A stretch of 32,000 bases of DNA, from NCBI RefSeq assembly GCF_000014785.1, contig NC_008340.1, positions 390,001-422,000 on the forward strand, given 5' to 3'. The notes beneath the pieces are model-generated. The model searched no databases. It saw nothing but the letters and a program-made list of their open reading frames with translations, and was not told the origin of the DNA. This stretch comes from Alkalilimnicola ehrlichii MLHE-1. GTDB taxonomy: Bacteria; Pseudomonadota; Gammaproteobacteria; Nitrococcales; Halorhodospiraceae. How positions within the stretch are numbered: the stretch's first letter is position 1; each line of letters opens with the position of its first letter. This document shows, in pieces, positions 1-7,778 of the stretch. The position numbers and the translations under genes are program-made.

Positions 1-810
1 CATGATGATGGCGTCCGGGTGAGCCACCGAGAGTTTCTCCTCGGTCAGGCCGTAAAGCTTGAAGTACTCGCCCTCACTGGGCAGCAGGGCGCCGCGCATG
101 CGCTCCCGTTGCAGCCGGAGCATCATCACCACGTCGACATCGCGGAGCCCGGCCTGCATGTCGTGGAACACCCGCACGCCCAGGGTCTCCACATCCCGTG
201 GCAGCAGGGTGCGCGGGGCGATCACCCGGACCTCGCCGGCGCCCAGGCCATTGAGGGCGTGAATCTGGGAGCGGGCCACCCGCGAGTGCAGGATGTCGCC
301 GACAATGGCCACCCGCAGCGGTTCGAAATCGCCCTTGTGCTGGCGGATGGTGAACATGTCCAGCATGGCCTGGGTGGGGTGGGCGTGGCGGCCGTCGCCG
401 GCGTTCAGCACGCTCACCCCGGGCCGGACGTGGCGGGCGATAAACTCGGCGGTGCCGCTGTCGCCGTGGCGCACCACGAAGGCGTCGCACTGCATGGCCT
501 CCAGGTTGCGCAGCATGTCCAGAAGGCTCTCGCCCTTGGACTGGGAGGAGACCGCCACGTCGATGTTGAGCACGTCCGCCGACAGCCGGGTGGCGGCCAA
601 CTCGAAGGTGGTGCGGGTTCGCGTGCTCGGCTCGAAAAACAGGTTGATGACCGTGCGGCCGCGCAGCAGCGGGACCTTCTTGACCGACTTGCCGATGACG
701 CCGGTGAAGCTCTCGGCGGTGTCGAGGATCTGGTTCAGCAGCGGCCGGGGCAGGCCTTCCGTGGTCAGGAAGTGGCGCAACCGGCCCTGGTTGTCCAACT
801 GTGCGTTCAT
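1..810 (-). CDS. pyrB: aspartate carbamoyltransferase catalytic subunit, N-terminal about 270 codons only (gene runs off the left window edge)
   Basis: Absent from the ORF track because it has no stop inside the window. My translation of the minus strand from the ATG at 810-808 gives [20 protein letters not shown]...[19 protein letters not shown]...[12 protein letters not shown]...[13 protein letters not shown]. This carries the STRTR and HPTQ motifs of ATCases. ATGA start/stop overlap with pyrR at 807-810. Confidence 0.9.
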   Translation of the reverse strand, partial: MNAQLDNQGRLRHFLTTEGLPRPLLNQILDTAESFTGVIGKSVKKVPLLRGRTVINLFFEPSTRTRTTFELAATRLSADVLNIDVAVSSQSKGESLLDMLRNLEAMQCDAFVVRHGDSGTAEFIARHVRPGVSVLNAGDGRHAHPTQAMLDMFTIRQHKGDFEPLRVAIVGDILHSRVARSQIHALNGLGAGEVRVIAPRTLLPRDVETLGVRVFHDMQAGLRDVDVVMMLRLQRERMRGALLPSEGEYFKLYGLTEEKLSVAHPDAIIM

Positions 811-1316
811 GCCGTGTCCTGAATGATGAAGTGCAGGGGTTCGGGGCCGCTCAGTTTAATGCGTCGGTGCCGGGGCAGAGAGAGCCGGGTACCGACGACA
901 TCGGCGGCGAAGGGCAACTCGCGTCCGCCGCGGTCCACCAGCACCACCAGCAGCACGGCGGCCGGGCGGCCGTAGTCGAAGATCTCGTTGAGTGCGGCGC
1001 GCACCGTCCGTCCGGTGTGCAGCACGTCATCGACCAACACGATGACCCGATCGTCCACGTCGAAGGGCAGGCTGGAGGGGCGCACCTGGGGGTTGAGCCC
1101 CGCCTGGCCGACGTCATCGCGGTAGAAGGCGATATCCAGGGTGCCCAGGGGCAGCGCCAGGCCCAGCCGCTGGTGCAACGCCCGGGCCACCCAGGCGCCA
1201 CCGGTGTGGATGCCGACCATGGCGGCCTCGTCGAGGGGGGCATCGAGGGCCTGCAGCCGGCCCTCCAGATCGTGTTGGACGCGCTCGAGTAGCGGTGTTA
1301 CCTCGGGTGTGGTCAT
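807..1316 (-). CDS. pyrR: bifunctional pyrimidine regulatory protein / uracil phosphoribosyltransferase PyrR
   Basis: Track ORF 807..1583 trimmed to the internal ATG at 1316 ([13 protein letters not shown]...). PRTase motif [14 protein letters not shown] is present. ATGA overlap with the ruvX stop (1313-1316). The 89 upstream codons are Ala/Arg/Pro-rich read-through overlapping ruvX. Confidence 0.88.
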   Translation of the reverse strand: MTTPEVTPLLERVQHDLEGRLQALDAPLDEAAMVGIHTGGAWVARALHQRLGLALPLGTLDIAFYRDDVGQAGLNPQVRPSSLPFDVDDRVIVLVDDVLHTGRTVRAALNEIFDYGRPAAVLLVVLVDRGGRELPFAADVVGTRLSLPRHRRIKLSGPEPLHFIIQDTA

Positions 1317-1747
1317 GCGCACCCCTGTTGGCTGAACCAGGTTTCCAGGATGACCCGTGCCGCCTCGCTGTCCAGGGCGCCGGGCCGGCGGGTGGGGCGG
1401 CCGCGGCGTTCGGAGAGCCGTGCCGCCGCTTCGTGGGAGGAGAGCCGCTCGTCCACCAGCTCCACCCGCAGCCCGTAGCGGCCGTGCAGGCGCTGGGCGA
1501 ACTTGCGCGCGGCGCGGGTGCTTTCCGAGTCGCTGCCGTCGGCGTGCAGCGGCAGCCCCACCACCACCCCCTGCGGCCGCCACTCCGCCAGGAGCCGGCC
1601 GACCTCCTCCCAGTCGGGCTGACCGGCGCGGGCGCTCAGGGTGATCAGGGCCCGGCCGCCGCCGGTCAGGGCCTCACCCACGGCCACGCCGATGCGCCGG
1701 TCCCCGTGATCGAAGGCCAGCCAGGTGCCCGATACGGGGTCAGGCAT
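1313..1747 (-). CDS. ruvX: Holliday-junction-resolvase-like putative pre-16S rRNA nuclease (YqgF/RuvX family)
   Basis: 144-aa ORF with the family N-terminus WLAFDHGDRRIGVAVG and GLPLHADGS. It sits between yqgE and pyrR as in other gammaproteobacteria. 8-nt overlap with the yqgE stop. Confidence 0.85.
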   Translation of the reverse strand: MPDPVSGTWLAFDHGDRRIGVAVGEALTGGGRALITLSARAGQPDWEEVGRLLAEWRPQGVVVGLPLHADGSDSESTRAARKFAQRLHGRYGLRVELVDERLSSHEAAARLSERRGRPTRRPGALDSEAARVILETWFSQQGCA

Positions 1748-2315
1748 GCCCGCTTTCGCCGGACATGCGGCTGATATCCACCCCCAGTTGCGCCGCCGCG
1801 GCCTCCCAGCGCTGCGGCACCGGGGTGTCGAAGAGGATGGTGCTGGTCGCCGGCACCGTCAGCCAGGCATTGCTGGTCATCTCCTCCTCCAGCTGCCCGG
1901 CGCCCCAACCCGCGTAACCCAGGGCCATCAGAAAGCGGCGGGGGCCGCGGTTTTGGGCCAGGGCCGTGATGATGTCGCGGGAGGTGGTGACACTGACCTG
2001 GGGCGAGACCTGTGCTGAGGCCTCCCACTGATCGTCCGGTGGGTGGAGCACAAAGCCGCGTTCGCGCTGTACCGGGCCGCCGAGGAAGACCGGGGTGTCC
2101 ACCGGGGCGTCGGGGCCCGGCTCGATGTCCATGTGCTCGAACAGGTCCCTCAGCTTGAGATCGGAGGGGTGATTGATCACCAGGCCCATCGCGCCCTCCG
2201 GGCCGTGCTCACAGATGTAGATCACGGCGTGCGCGAAGTTGGGGTCCTGCAGGCTGGGCATTGCGATGGCGAAGTGGTCGCTCAGCCAGCCCCCGTTGTC
2301 GCTTGTCTCGCTCAT
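1740..2315 (-). CDS. yqgE: YqgE/AlgH family protein (UPF0301)
   Basis: 191-aa ORF. Blocks AIAMPSLQDPNFAHAVIYICEH, GAMGLVINHP, FLGGPV and GYAGWGAGQLEEE are typical of UPF0301. Confidence 0.85.
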   Translation of the reverse strand: MSETSDNGGWLSDHFAIAMPSLQDPNFAHAVIYICEHGPEGAMGLVINHPSDLKLRDLFEHMDIEPGPDAPVDTPVFLGGPVQRERGFVLHPPDDQWEASAQVSPQVSVTTSRDIITALAQNRGPRRFLMALGYAGWGAGQLEEEMTSNAWLTVPATSTILFDTPVPQRWEAAAAQLGVDISRMSGESGHA

Positions 2316-2367
2316 GCGTTTAGTATCCCTGTCCAGTGGCCGGGGGACAAGGCCGCCGGCCCTCCGG

Positions 2368-3255
2368 TCAGCGCGCCGAGAGATCGCTGCCCAGAAACTC
2401 CCAGGTGCGGGTGATCACCAGTTGATCGTTGCCCTGCAGGACATCGTCCGGCACCGGGGCGTAGGGGGCGGAAAGGCGGACGATGCGGACCGCCGCCTCG
2501 TCCAGCAAGCGGTGGCGCGAGGGCTCCAGGATGCGCACCGCGGCGACCTCGCCGTCGGGCTCCAGGGTGACCTGCAGCACCAGGCGCCCGGACAGCCCAC
2601 GCCGCCGGGCCTCATTGGGGTAGTTACGGTTGCCCACGTCCTCAACCCGGGCCACCCATTGGCGCATGTACTCGGCGGCGGGATGGCTGCGGGTGCTGGA
2701 GCTGATGAACTGGCGGCTGGGGCCGCGGGCATCGGGCTGGGCCCGTTCGGGCGTGGGGGCGTTGATCGCGGCCCGGCGGGCGGCGGCCAGGTCCAGCGGC
2801 TGGCGCTGCTCCGGCTCGCGCTCGGCCTGTTCGCTCTCCGGCCTGTCCACGGGGGCCTCCTCGGTGGTCAGCGCGGGTACCTCCGCCGGGGTCTCTGCGG
2901 TGGGGGTCGGCTCGGGGTCGGGCTCCGGCTCCGGCAGCGGCGTCTCCCGGGCGATCCGCGAGGCGGGCGTCTCCGGTACATGGGGCTCGGGGGTCTCCGC
3001 GGCACCGCCGCCCAACTGATCACTCTCCGCCAGGAAGTCGTAGTCCTCGGGCATCCCGCTGTCATGGCGGCTCAGGGTGACGTCGATCAGCGGCGGCCGT
3101 TCGGCCCGTTCCGGTTCGGGGAATGACAGACCGAGCCCGAAGATGACGGCGGCGTGGATCAGCGCGGCCACCACCATCGCGACCAGCAGCCGGCCGTGGT
3201 CGGTCCCGGTCCAGGCGGGCCGATGTAAACGGGGTTGTCGGGCGGCTGCGGTCAT
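2368..3255 (-). CDS. tonB: TonB-family energy transducer, with no exbB/exbD nearby
   Basis: Track ORF 2368..3636 trimmed to the ATG at 3255 (MTAAARQPRL...). Order of parts: N-terminal TM helix LLVAMVVAALIHAAVIFGLGL, a Pro/Glu-rich spacer (PLPEPEPDPEPTPTAETP), then a C-terminal TonB domain (YPNEARRRGLSGRLVLQVTLEPDGEV..V.ILEPS....LDEAAV). ATGA overlap with the stop of the upstream Gx gene (3252-3255). Confidence 0.85.
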   Translation of the reverse strand: MTAAARQPRLHRPAWTGTDHGRLLVAMVVAALIHAAVIFGLGLSFPEPERAERPPLIDVTLSRHDSGMPEDYDFLAESDQLGGGAAETPEPHVPETPASRIARETPLPEPEPDPEPTPTAETPAEVPALTTEEAPVDRPESEQAEREPEQRQPLDLAAARRAAINAPTPERAQPDARGPSRQFISSSTRSHPAAEYMRQWVARVEDVGNRNYPNEARRRGLSGRLVLQVTLEPDGEVAAVRILEPSRHRLLDEAAVRIVRLSAPYAPVPDDVLQGNDQLVITRTWEFLGSDLSAR

Positions 3256-3797
3256 GCTGCCTCGTGGCCATCCCGGCGCGGCGGGCGGCCGAGTTCGCGG
3301 ATCATGGCGCTGGCCATTATACCGTTGACCAGCCCGAAAACGATGGCGGCGGTCATGAAGGGCGGAAAGAGGAGCCAGAGCCCCGGGTGCGGAATGAACA
3401 ACCACCAGGCCGCGGTGAACTGGGCCCCCATGTGGGCCAGGGCGGCCAGCAGACTGTAGCTGACCGCGCTGGCGCCGGGCAGGGTCCGGGCCAGCGCGAG
3501 GCCGCCCAGTGCACCCAGGCCGCCCGCCAGGCTGAGGAAGAAGGTGGGGGAGAGCAGGGTGCCCATCAGGATGCCGCCGGCCAACACCCGCAGCACGGTG
3601 ATCCAGACGGCCACCCGCCAGCCGTAGAGCCAGCACGCGGCCACCGTGATGATGTTGGCCAGCCCCGGTTTGATGCCGGGCAGCGGGCTGGGCAACGCCG
3701 CCTCGGCCACGTGAATCGCCAGGGCCAGGGCGGCCAGGGTGGCGATCCGCAGGTCGTCGCGGTCACTCTTCAGGCGGCGGTAGCGGGGCGCTGTCAT
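3252..3797 (-). CDS. Gx transporter family membrane protein (heptaprenyl diphosphate synthase component I-like fold, PF07456-type)
   Basis: 181-aa polytopic membrane ORF. Family-typical blocks are LPSPLPGIKPGLANIITV, LRVLAGGILMGTLLSPTFFLSLAGGLG and HMGAQF. Confidence 0.75.
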   Translation of the reverse strand: MTAPRYRRLKSDRDDLRIATLAALALAIHVAEAALPSPLPGIKPGLANIITVAACWLYGWRVAVWITVLRVLAGGILMGTLLSPTFFLSLAGGLGALGGLALARTLPGASAVSYSLLAALAHMGAQFTAAWWLFIPHPGLWLLFPPFMTAAIVFGLVNGIMASAMIRELGRPPRRDGHEAA

Positions 3798-3799
3798 AG

Positions 3800-4162
3800 T
3801 CAGTAATGGATGGTGTCGTAGCGGGGTTCGGCGCCGAGGATCTCCACCGCGACCCGGTTGGGCAGGCAGAGGGCCTGGTCGCCGGGGGTGTCCAGGCGCC
3901 CGGCGCGCACGCAGATCTGCCGCGGCCCGGGGTCGGAGACCACCCGCGCGCCCCCATCGGCGATCTCCACCACCGTGGTCCCCAGCGGCCCGGGGACCTC
4001 CACCGTGCGCGGCCGATCCAGCGGGTAACGGGCGTATTCGCTGTCACCAGCCCAGATCCGCACCGTTTCCGCCTCCCCCTCCCGGCCGTCCCAGAGCCAG
4101 GGGTAGAGCAGGGCCACCCCGCTGATCGCGATCACCAGTACCAGCCGGTCGGTCCAGGTCAC
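3800..4162 (-). CDS. NusG domain II-containing membrane-anchored protein (PF07009-type)
   Basis: 120-aa ORF with a GTG start at 4162. N-terminal TM anchor LVLVIAISGVALLY, and the family's paired-Cys block RQICVRAGRL...ALCLPNRVAVEI. GTGA overlap with the apbE stop. Confidence 0.7.
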   Translation of the reverse strand: MTWTDRLVLVIAISGVALLYPWLWDGREGEAETVRIWAGDSEYARYPLDRPRTVEVPGPLGTTVVEIADGGARVVSDPGPRQICVRAGRLDTPGDQALCLPNRVAVEILGAEPRYDTIHY

Positions 4163-5211
4163 GGGTCGGGCCAGCTCCGCACGCCGGCCTCCGGGGTCTG
4201 CTCCACCCGCAGGTGGGCCTGCATCGATTCCGTCAGGTGGATGCGCCCGTCCGGCTCCACCAGCATGATCCGCTGGACCCCGAGCCGCCGGGCCACGGCC
4301 GGCCAGTCCTCCGGGCCGGCCAGCATCAGCGCGGTACTGGCGGCGTCGGCCCGCACCGGGTCCGAATGGACCACGGTGGCGGCGCTCAGGCCGCGGGCCG
4401 GGTGGCCGCTGCGCGGGTCGAGGATGTGGTGGTAGCGCTCACCGTCCTGCTCGAAATCGCGTTCGTAGTCGCCGGAGGTGAATACGGCGGTGTCGGCCCC
4501 AACCTCCAGCGACGCGATAATGCCCTCCTGGTGGGGGTGGCGGATGCCGATGCGCCAGGGGCGGCCGCGGGGCTCGCCCAGGGTGAGCAGATCACCGCCC
4601 ACATTCACCACCGCACGCTCGATGCCCTGACGGCGCAGATCGTCCACCGCCTGGCCGATGAGATAGCCCTTGGCGTACCCCCCCAGGTTGAGCCGCAGCC
4701 CGGTGTGGTCGCTGGCCAGACGGCCATCCTCCTCGCGCAGGTCGCGCAGGCTGGGCCGGGCGCTCAGCCAGGCCTCGAGCGCCTGCGGGTCGGGCCGTTG
4801 GGCGTCGCGGCCGTCGTCCTCGAAACCCCACAGGCGGATTAACTCCCCGATGGCCGGGGTGAACAGGCCGCCGCTGAGCCGTTCCAGTTCCCGGCCGGTG
4901 GCCAGCAGGGCGAGCAGCTCGTCGCTGGCCGCGGGGCTGGTTTCGCCGGCGGCCAAGGCGCGGTTGATCTGGCCCAGTTCGCCATCGCCGGCCGGGTGCC
5001 AGCGCTGCTGGTAATCCTCCAGCCGCCGGCGCACCCGATCGGCCGCCGCCAGGGCGGTGCGTTCGGGCTGGCCGTGGATGGTGACCTCCACCAGCGTGCC
5101 CAGGGCGTAGAAGCGTTCCCGGTGTTGCAGCTCCTCACCGCTGCAGGCGTTGAGCACCAGCGCGGCGAGACCGAGCAGGGTGGCCAGCCGTATCAGGCGG
5201 AAACGGCTCAT
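4159..5211 (-). CDS. apbE: FAD:protein FMN transferase ApbE, predicted lipoprotein
   Basis: 350-aa ORF. Signal peptide with lipobox-like LVLNAC. ApbE blocks LNLGGYAKGY, VVNVGGDL and AVFTSGDYERDF....YHHILDPRSG. ATGA overlap with the gshB stop (5208-5211). Confidence 0.88.
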   Translation of the reverse strand: MSRFRLIRLATLLGLAALVLNACSGEELQHRERFYALGTLVEVTIHGQPERTALAAADRVRRRLEDYQQRWHPAGDGELGQINRALAAGETSPAASDELLALLATGRELERLSGGLFTPAIGELIRLWGFEDDGRDAQRPDPQALEAWLSARPSLRDLREEDGRLASDHTGLRLNLGGYAKGYLIGQAVDDLRRQGIERAVVNVGGDLLTLGEPRGRPWRIGIRHPHQEGIIASLEVGADTAVFTSGDYERDFEQDGERYHHILDPRSGHPARGLSAATVVHSDPVRADAASTALMLAGPEDWPAVARRLGVQRIMLVEPDGRIHLTESMQAHLRVEQTPEAGVRSWPDP

Positions 5212-6152
5212 AGCCGGGTTTCCACCAAGTCCATCAGGCGTGCGGAGATATTGGTCTCGTAAATGGCGTCCAGCTCCCGGACGCAGGTGGGGCTGGTGAC
5301 GTTGATCTCGGTGAGGTAATCACCGATCACATCCAGGCCGACGAAATCCAGCCCGCGCCGGCGCAATTCCGGGGCCACCTGTTCGCAGATCCAGCGGTCG
5401 CGGTCGGTCAGTTCCACCCCGACGCCGCGCCCGCCGGCGGCCAGGTTGCCCCGGGTCTCGCCCTCGCGCGGGATACGGGCCAGCGCCCAGGGCAGCGGCT
5501 CGCCGCCGATCATCAGGATCCGCTTGTCGCCCGCCTCGATCTCCGGCAGGTAGCGCTGGGCCATGATCTGGAGGGTGCCCTCCCGGGTGAGGGTCTCCAG
5601 GATGACACTGGTGTTGGGGTCGCCATCCCGGACCACGAAGATCGAGGCGCCGCCCATGGCATCCAGCGGCTTCAGCACCACATGCTCTTGCTCGGCCATG
5701 AAGGCCCGCAGCTGCCCGGCATCGGCACTGACCAGGGTGGGGGCGCAACACTGCGGGAACTGGGCGGTAAAGAGCTTCTCATTGCAGTCGCGCAGCGCCT
5801 CCGGGCGGTTGATCACCTGGACCCCCGCCAGCTCAGCCAGCTCCAGTACGTGGGTGGCGTAGGCATAGGCGGTGTCCACCGGTGGATCGCTGCGCATGAG
5901 GATGACGTCCAGCGCCTCCAGCGGGCCCCAGGCCGGTTCGCCCAGCTCGAACCAGTCCCGGTTGTCGTCCCGCACCGTCAGTGGCCGGTTTCGGCCCAGG
6001 GGTCGGCCGTCGCGCAGGGCCAGATCGCCGGTCTCCAGATAATGCAGTACCCAGCCGCGGCGCTCGGCCTCCAGCAACAGGGCCAGGGTGGTGTCCTTCC
6101 AGGGTTTGATCGCGTGGATGGGGTCCATGACCACGCCCAGTCGTACGCTCAT
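5208..6152 (-). CDS. gshB: glutathione synthetase (ATP-grasp)
   Basis: 314-aa ORF. Blocks: MDPIHAIKPWKDTTLALLLEAERRG, VLKPLDAMGGASIF, and RILMIGGEP...ARIPREGETRGNLAAGG, typical of prokaryotic GshB. Confidence 0.92.
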   Translation of the reverse strand: MSVRLGVVMDPIHAIKPWKDTTLALLLEAERRGWVLHYLETGDLALRDGRPLGRNRPLTVRDDNRDWFELGEPAWGPLEALDVILMRSDPPVDTAYAYATHVLELAELAGVQVINRPEALRDCNEKLFTAQFPQCCAPTLVSADAGQLRAFMAEQEHVVLKPLDAMGGASIFVVRDGDPNTSVILETLTREGTLQIMAQRYLPEIEAGDKRILMIGGEPLPWALARIPREGETRGNLAAGGRGVGVELTDRDRWICEQVAPELRRRGLDFVGLDVIGDYLTEINVTSPTCVRELDAIYETNISARLMDLVETRL

Positions 6153-6379
6153 GAAGGTTCCTCGGGGCCGGGGCGGTTGCCCGCGTCAAGTGAATACGAT
6201 GGCCGCATGATACCGCGTGTCGGCGCTGAGTATGAGGGGCGGGGCGGCGTCGGCGCCGGTACCCAGTTAGTCGTAAGGTAGTATTCGGTCGGACACCTAT
6301 GGTAAATACCTGGGGGAGGAACTCGTGCCGCTGCCGTCCGGCGGGCAGCGGGATTTCTGCCATCGACGAGGGGGCGCGG

Positions 6380-6784
6380 GTGGAAAGCGAAGCGTCAGAG
6401 CAGGACGTGCAGGGCCTGAAGGTGATGGTCATCGACGACAGCAAGACCATCCGCCGCACGGCCGAGACACTCCTCAAAAAGGAAGGCTGCGAGGTGATCA
6501 CGGCCACCGACGGGTTCGAGGCCCTGGCCAAGGTGGCCGAACATCGGCCGGATATCATCTTCATTGACATCATGATGCCGCGCCTGGACGGCTACCAGAC
6601 CTGCGCGCTGGTCAAGAACAACCCCGCCTTCCGGGCCACGCCCGTGATCATGCTCTCCAGCAAGGACAGCCTGTTCGACCGGGCGCGGGGGCGCATTGTC
6701 GGTTCCGAGCAGTACCTCACCAAGCCGTTTACCCGGGGCGAGCTGCTGGACGCCATTCGCCGCCATATCACGCAGACGGCCTGA
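6380..6784 (+). CDS. pilG: twitching-motility response regulator PilG (CheY-like)
   Basis: Track ORF 6299..6784. The body KVMVIDDSKTIRRTAETLLKKEGCEVITATDGFEALAKV....DIIFIDIMMPRLDGYQTCALVKNNPAF..TPVIMLSSKD.LFD.A.GRIVGS.QYLTKPF is nearly collinear with P. aeruginosa PilG as I remember it. I prefer the in-frame GTG at 6380 (VESEASEQDVQGLKVMVIDD), which is preceded by GAGGGGG. The start could be up to 81 nt further upstream. Confidence 0.88.
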   Translation: MESEASEQDVQGLKVMVIDDSKTIRRTAETLLKKEGCEVITATDGFEALAKVAEHRPDIIFIDIMMPRLDGYQTCALVKNNPAFRATPVIMLSSKDSLFDRARGRIVGSEQYLTKPFTRGELLDAIRRHITQTA

Positions 6785-6827
6785 CACACTCTTTAAGGAC
6801 ATCATCTAAGGACGGGGAGTTCACACC

Positions 6828-7193
6828 ATGGCGCGCATTCTGGTTATCGACGATTCACCCACCGATCTCCACGCCATCCGCTCCATCCTGGAGGGGGAGG
6901 GGCACCAGCTGATTGAGGCCGGTGACGGGGAGCAGGGGCTGGAACAGGCGCGCAGCGCCCATCCCGATCTTATCCTCATGGACATCGTCATGCCCGGCAT
7001 GAACGGCTTCCAGGCCACCCGGCGGCTCAACCGCGACGCCGAGACCGCCTCGATCCCGGTGATCATGGTCAGCAGCAAGGACCAGGCCACCGACCGGATC
7101 TGGGCCAAGCGCCAGGGCGCGGTGGATTACATCGCCAAGCCCGTGGAGCGCGATGAACTGCTCCAGAAGGTACGCGCGGTGTTGGGCGGCTGA
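6828..7193 (+). CDS. pilH: twitching-motility response regulator PilH (CheY-like)
   Basis: 121-aa receiver domain (ILVIDDSPTD, LILMDIVMPGMNGF, VIMVSSK, DYIAKP). GGGGAG Shine-Dalgarno upstream. Positioned between pilG and pilI. Confidence 0.88.
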   Translation: MARILVIDDSPTDLHAIRSILEGEGHQLIEAGDGEQGLEQARSAHPDLILMDIVMPGMNGFQATRRLNRDAETASIPVIMVSSKDQATDRIWAKRQGAVDYIAKPVERDELLQKVRAVLGG

Positions 7194-7198
7194 GCGCT

Positions 7199-7750
7199 GT
7201 GTTGAGCCTGGAGGAACAGCCCACCGCCTTCGATGCCCTGCGGGCCCTGGATCGGATGGGCCGTGCCCATCCCCTGGACCTGACGGTCGACGAGGGGGGC
7301 GAGTCCGAATGGTACGGGGTGGCGGTGCGGTTCTCCGGGCGCCATTTCCTGCTGCCGATGCACGAAGTGGCGGAGGTGATGCCCTGCCCCCCGCTGACCC
7401 CCGTGCCCCACACCCGCGATTGGGTCAAGGGCGTGGCCAACGTCCGTGGCACCCTGATCCCGGTCATCGACCTGGACGGCTTCTTCGGCCAGGGCCCGGT
7501 CAACATGTCCCACCTGACACGCATTGTCATCATGCGCGCCGGGGAGGTGGTGGCCGGCCTGTTGGTGGACGAGGTGCTGGGGCTGCGCCCCTGTGCTCGC
7601 GGCGGTTGGCTGGCCCAGGTGCCGGGCGGGCTGTCGTCCGACCTGGCGCGCTGCATCGCCGGGGTGTTTCAGCGCGAGGATGGTGACTGGCCGGTCTTTC
7701 GCCCGGTGCGGCTGGTGCGTGACCCCCGTTTCATGCGGGTGGCGGCCTGA
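7199..7750 (+). CDS. pilI: CheW-like coupling protein PilI
   Basis: 183-aa ORF with a GTG start. CheW-domain pattern: VAVRFSGRHFLLPMHEVAEV...PHTRDWVKGVANVRGTLIPVIDL. Positioned between pilH and pilJ. Confidence 0.82.
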   Translation: MLSLEEQPTAFDALRALDRMGRAHPLDLTVDEGGESEWYGVAVRFSGRHFLLPMHEVAEVMPCPPLTPVPHTRDWVKGVANVRGTLIPVIDLDGFFGQGPVNMSHLTRIVIMRAGEVVAGLLVDEVLGLRPCARGGWLAQVPGGLSSDLARCIAGVFQREDGDWPVFRPVRLVRDPRFMRVAA

Positions 7751-7778
7751 GCAGGATGCACAGAGAGGTTGATTCAGT

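Noticed and set aside
19-822. Plus-strand 267-aa ORF, and others in 1-1800 on the plus strand
   Set aside because: They are antisense to pyrB/pyrR/ruvX, whose minus-strand translations carry ATCase, PRTase and YqgF motifs. The translations are His/Gly/Ala/Val-rich and look like noise.
2368-3636. Long N-terminally extended versions of real genes in the track (tonB to 3636, rsmE to 16801, bioA to 17820, argE to 20956, SH3 protein to 21590, rho to 24441, nudE from 25191, ribD from 29721, glyA from 28226)
   Set aside because: The extensions overlap the upstream gene or intergenic repeats and are Arg/Pro/Ala/Gly-rich. They are not present in the well-known homologues. Internal starts with SD-like sequences or ATGA-type coupling give proteins of canonical length.
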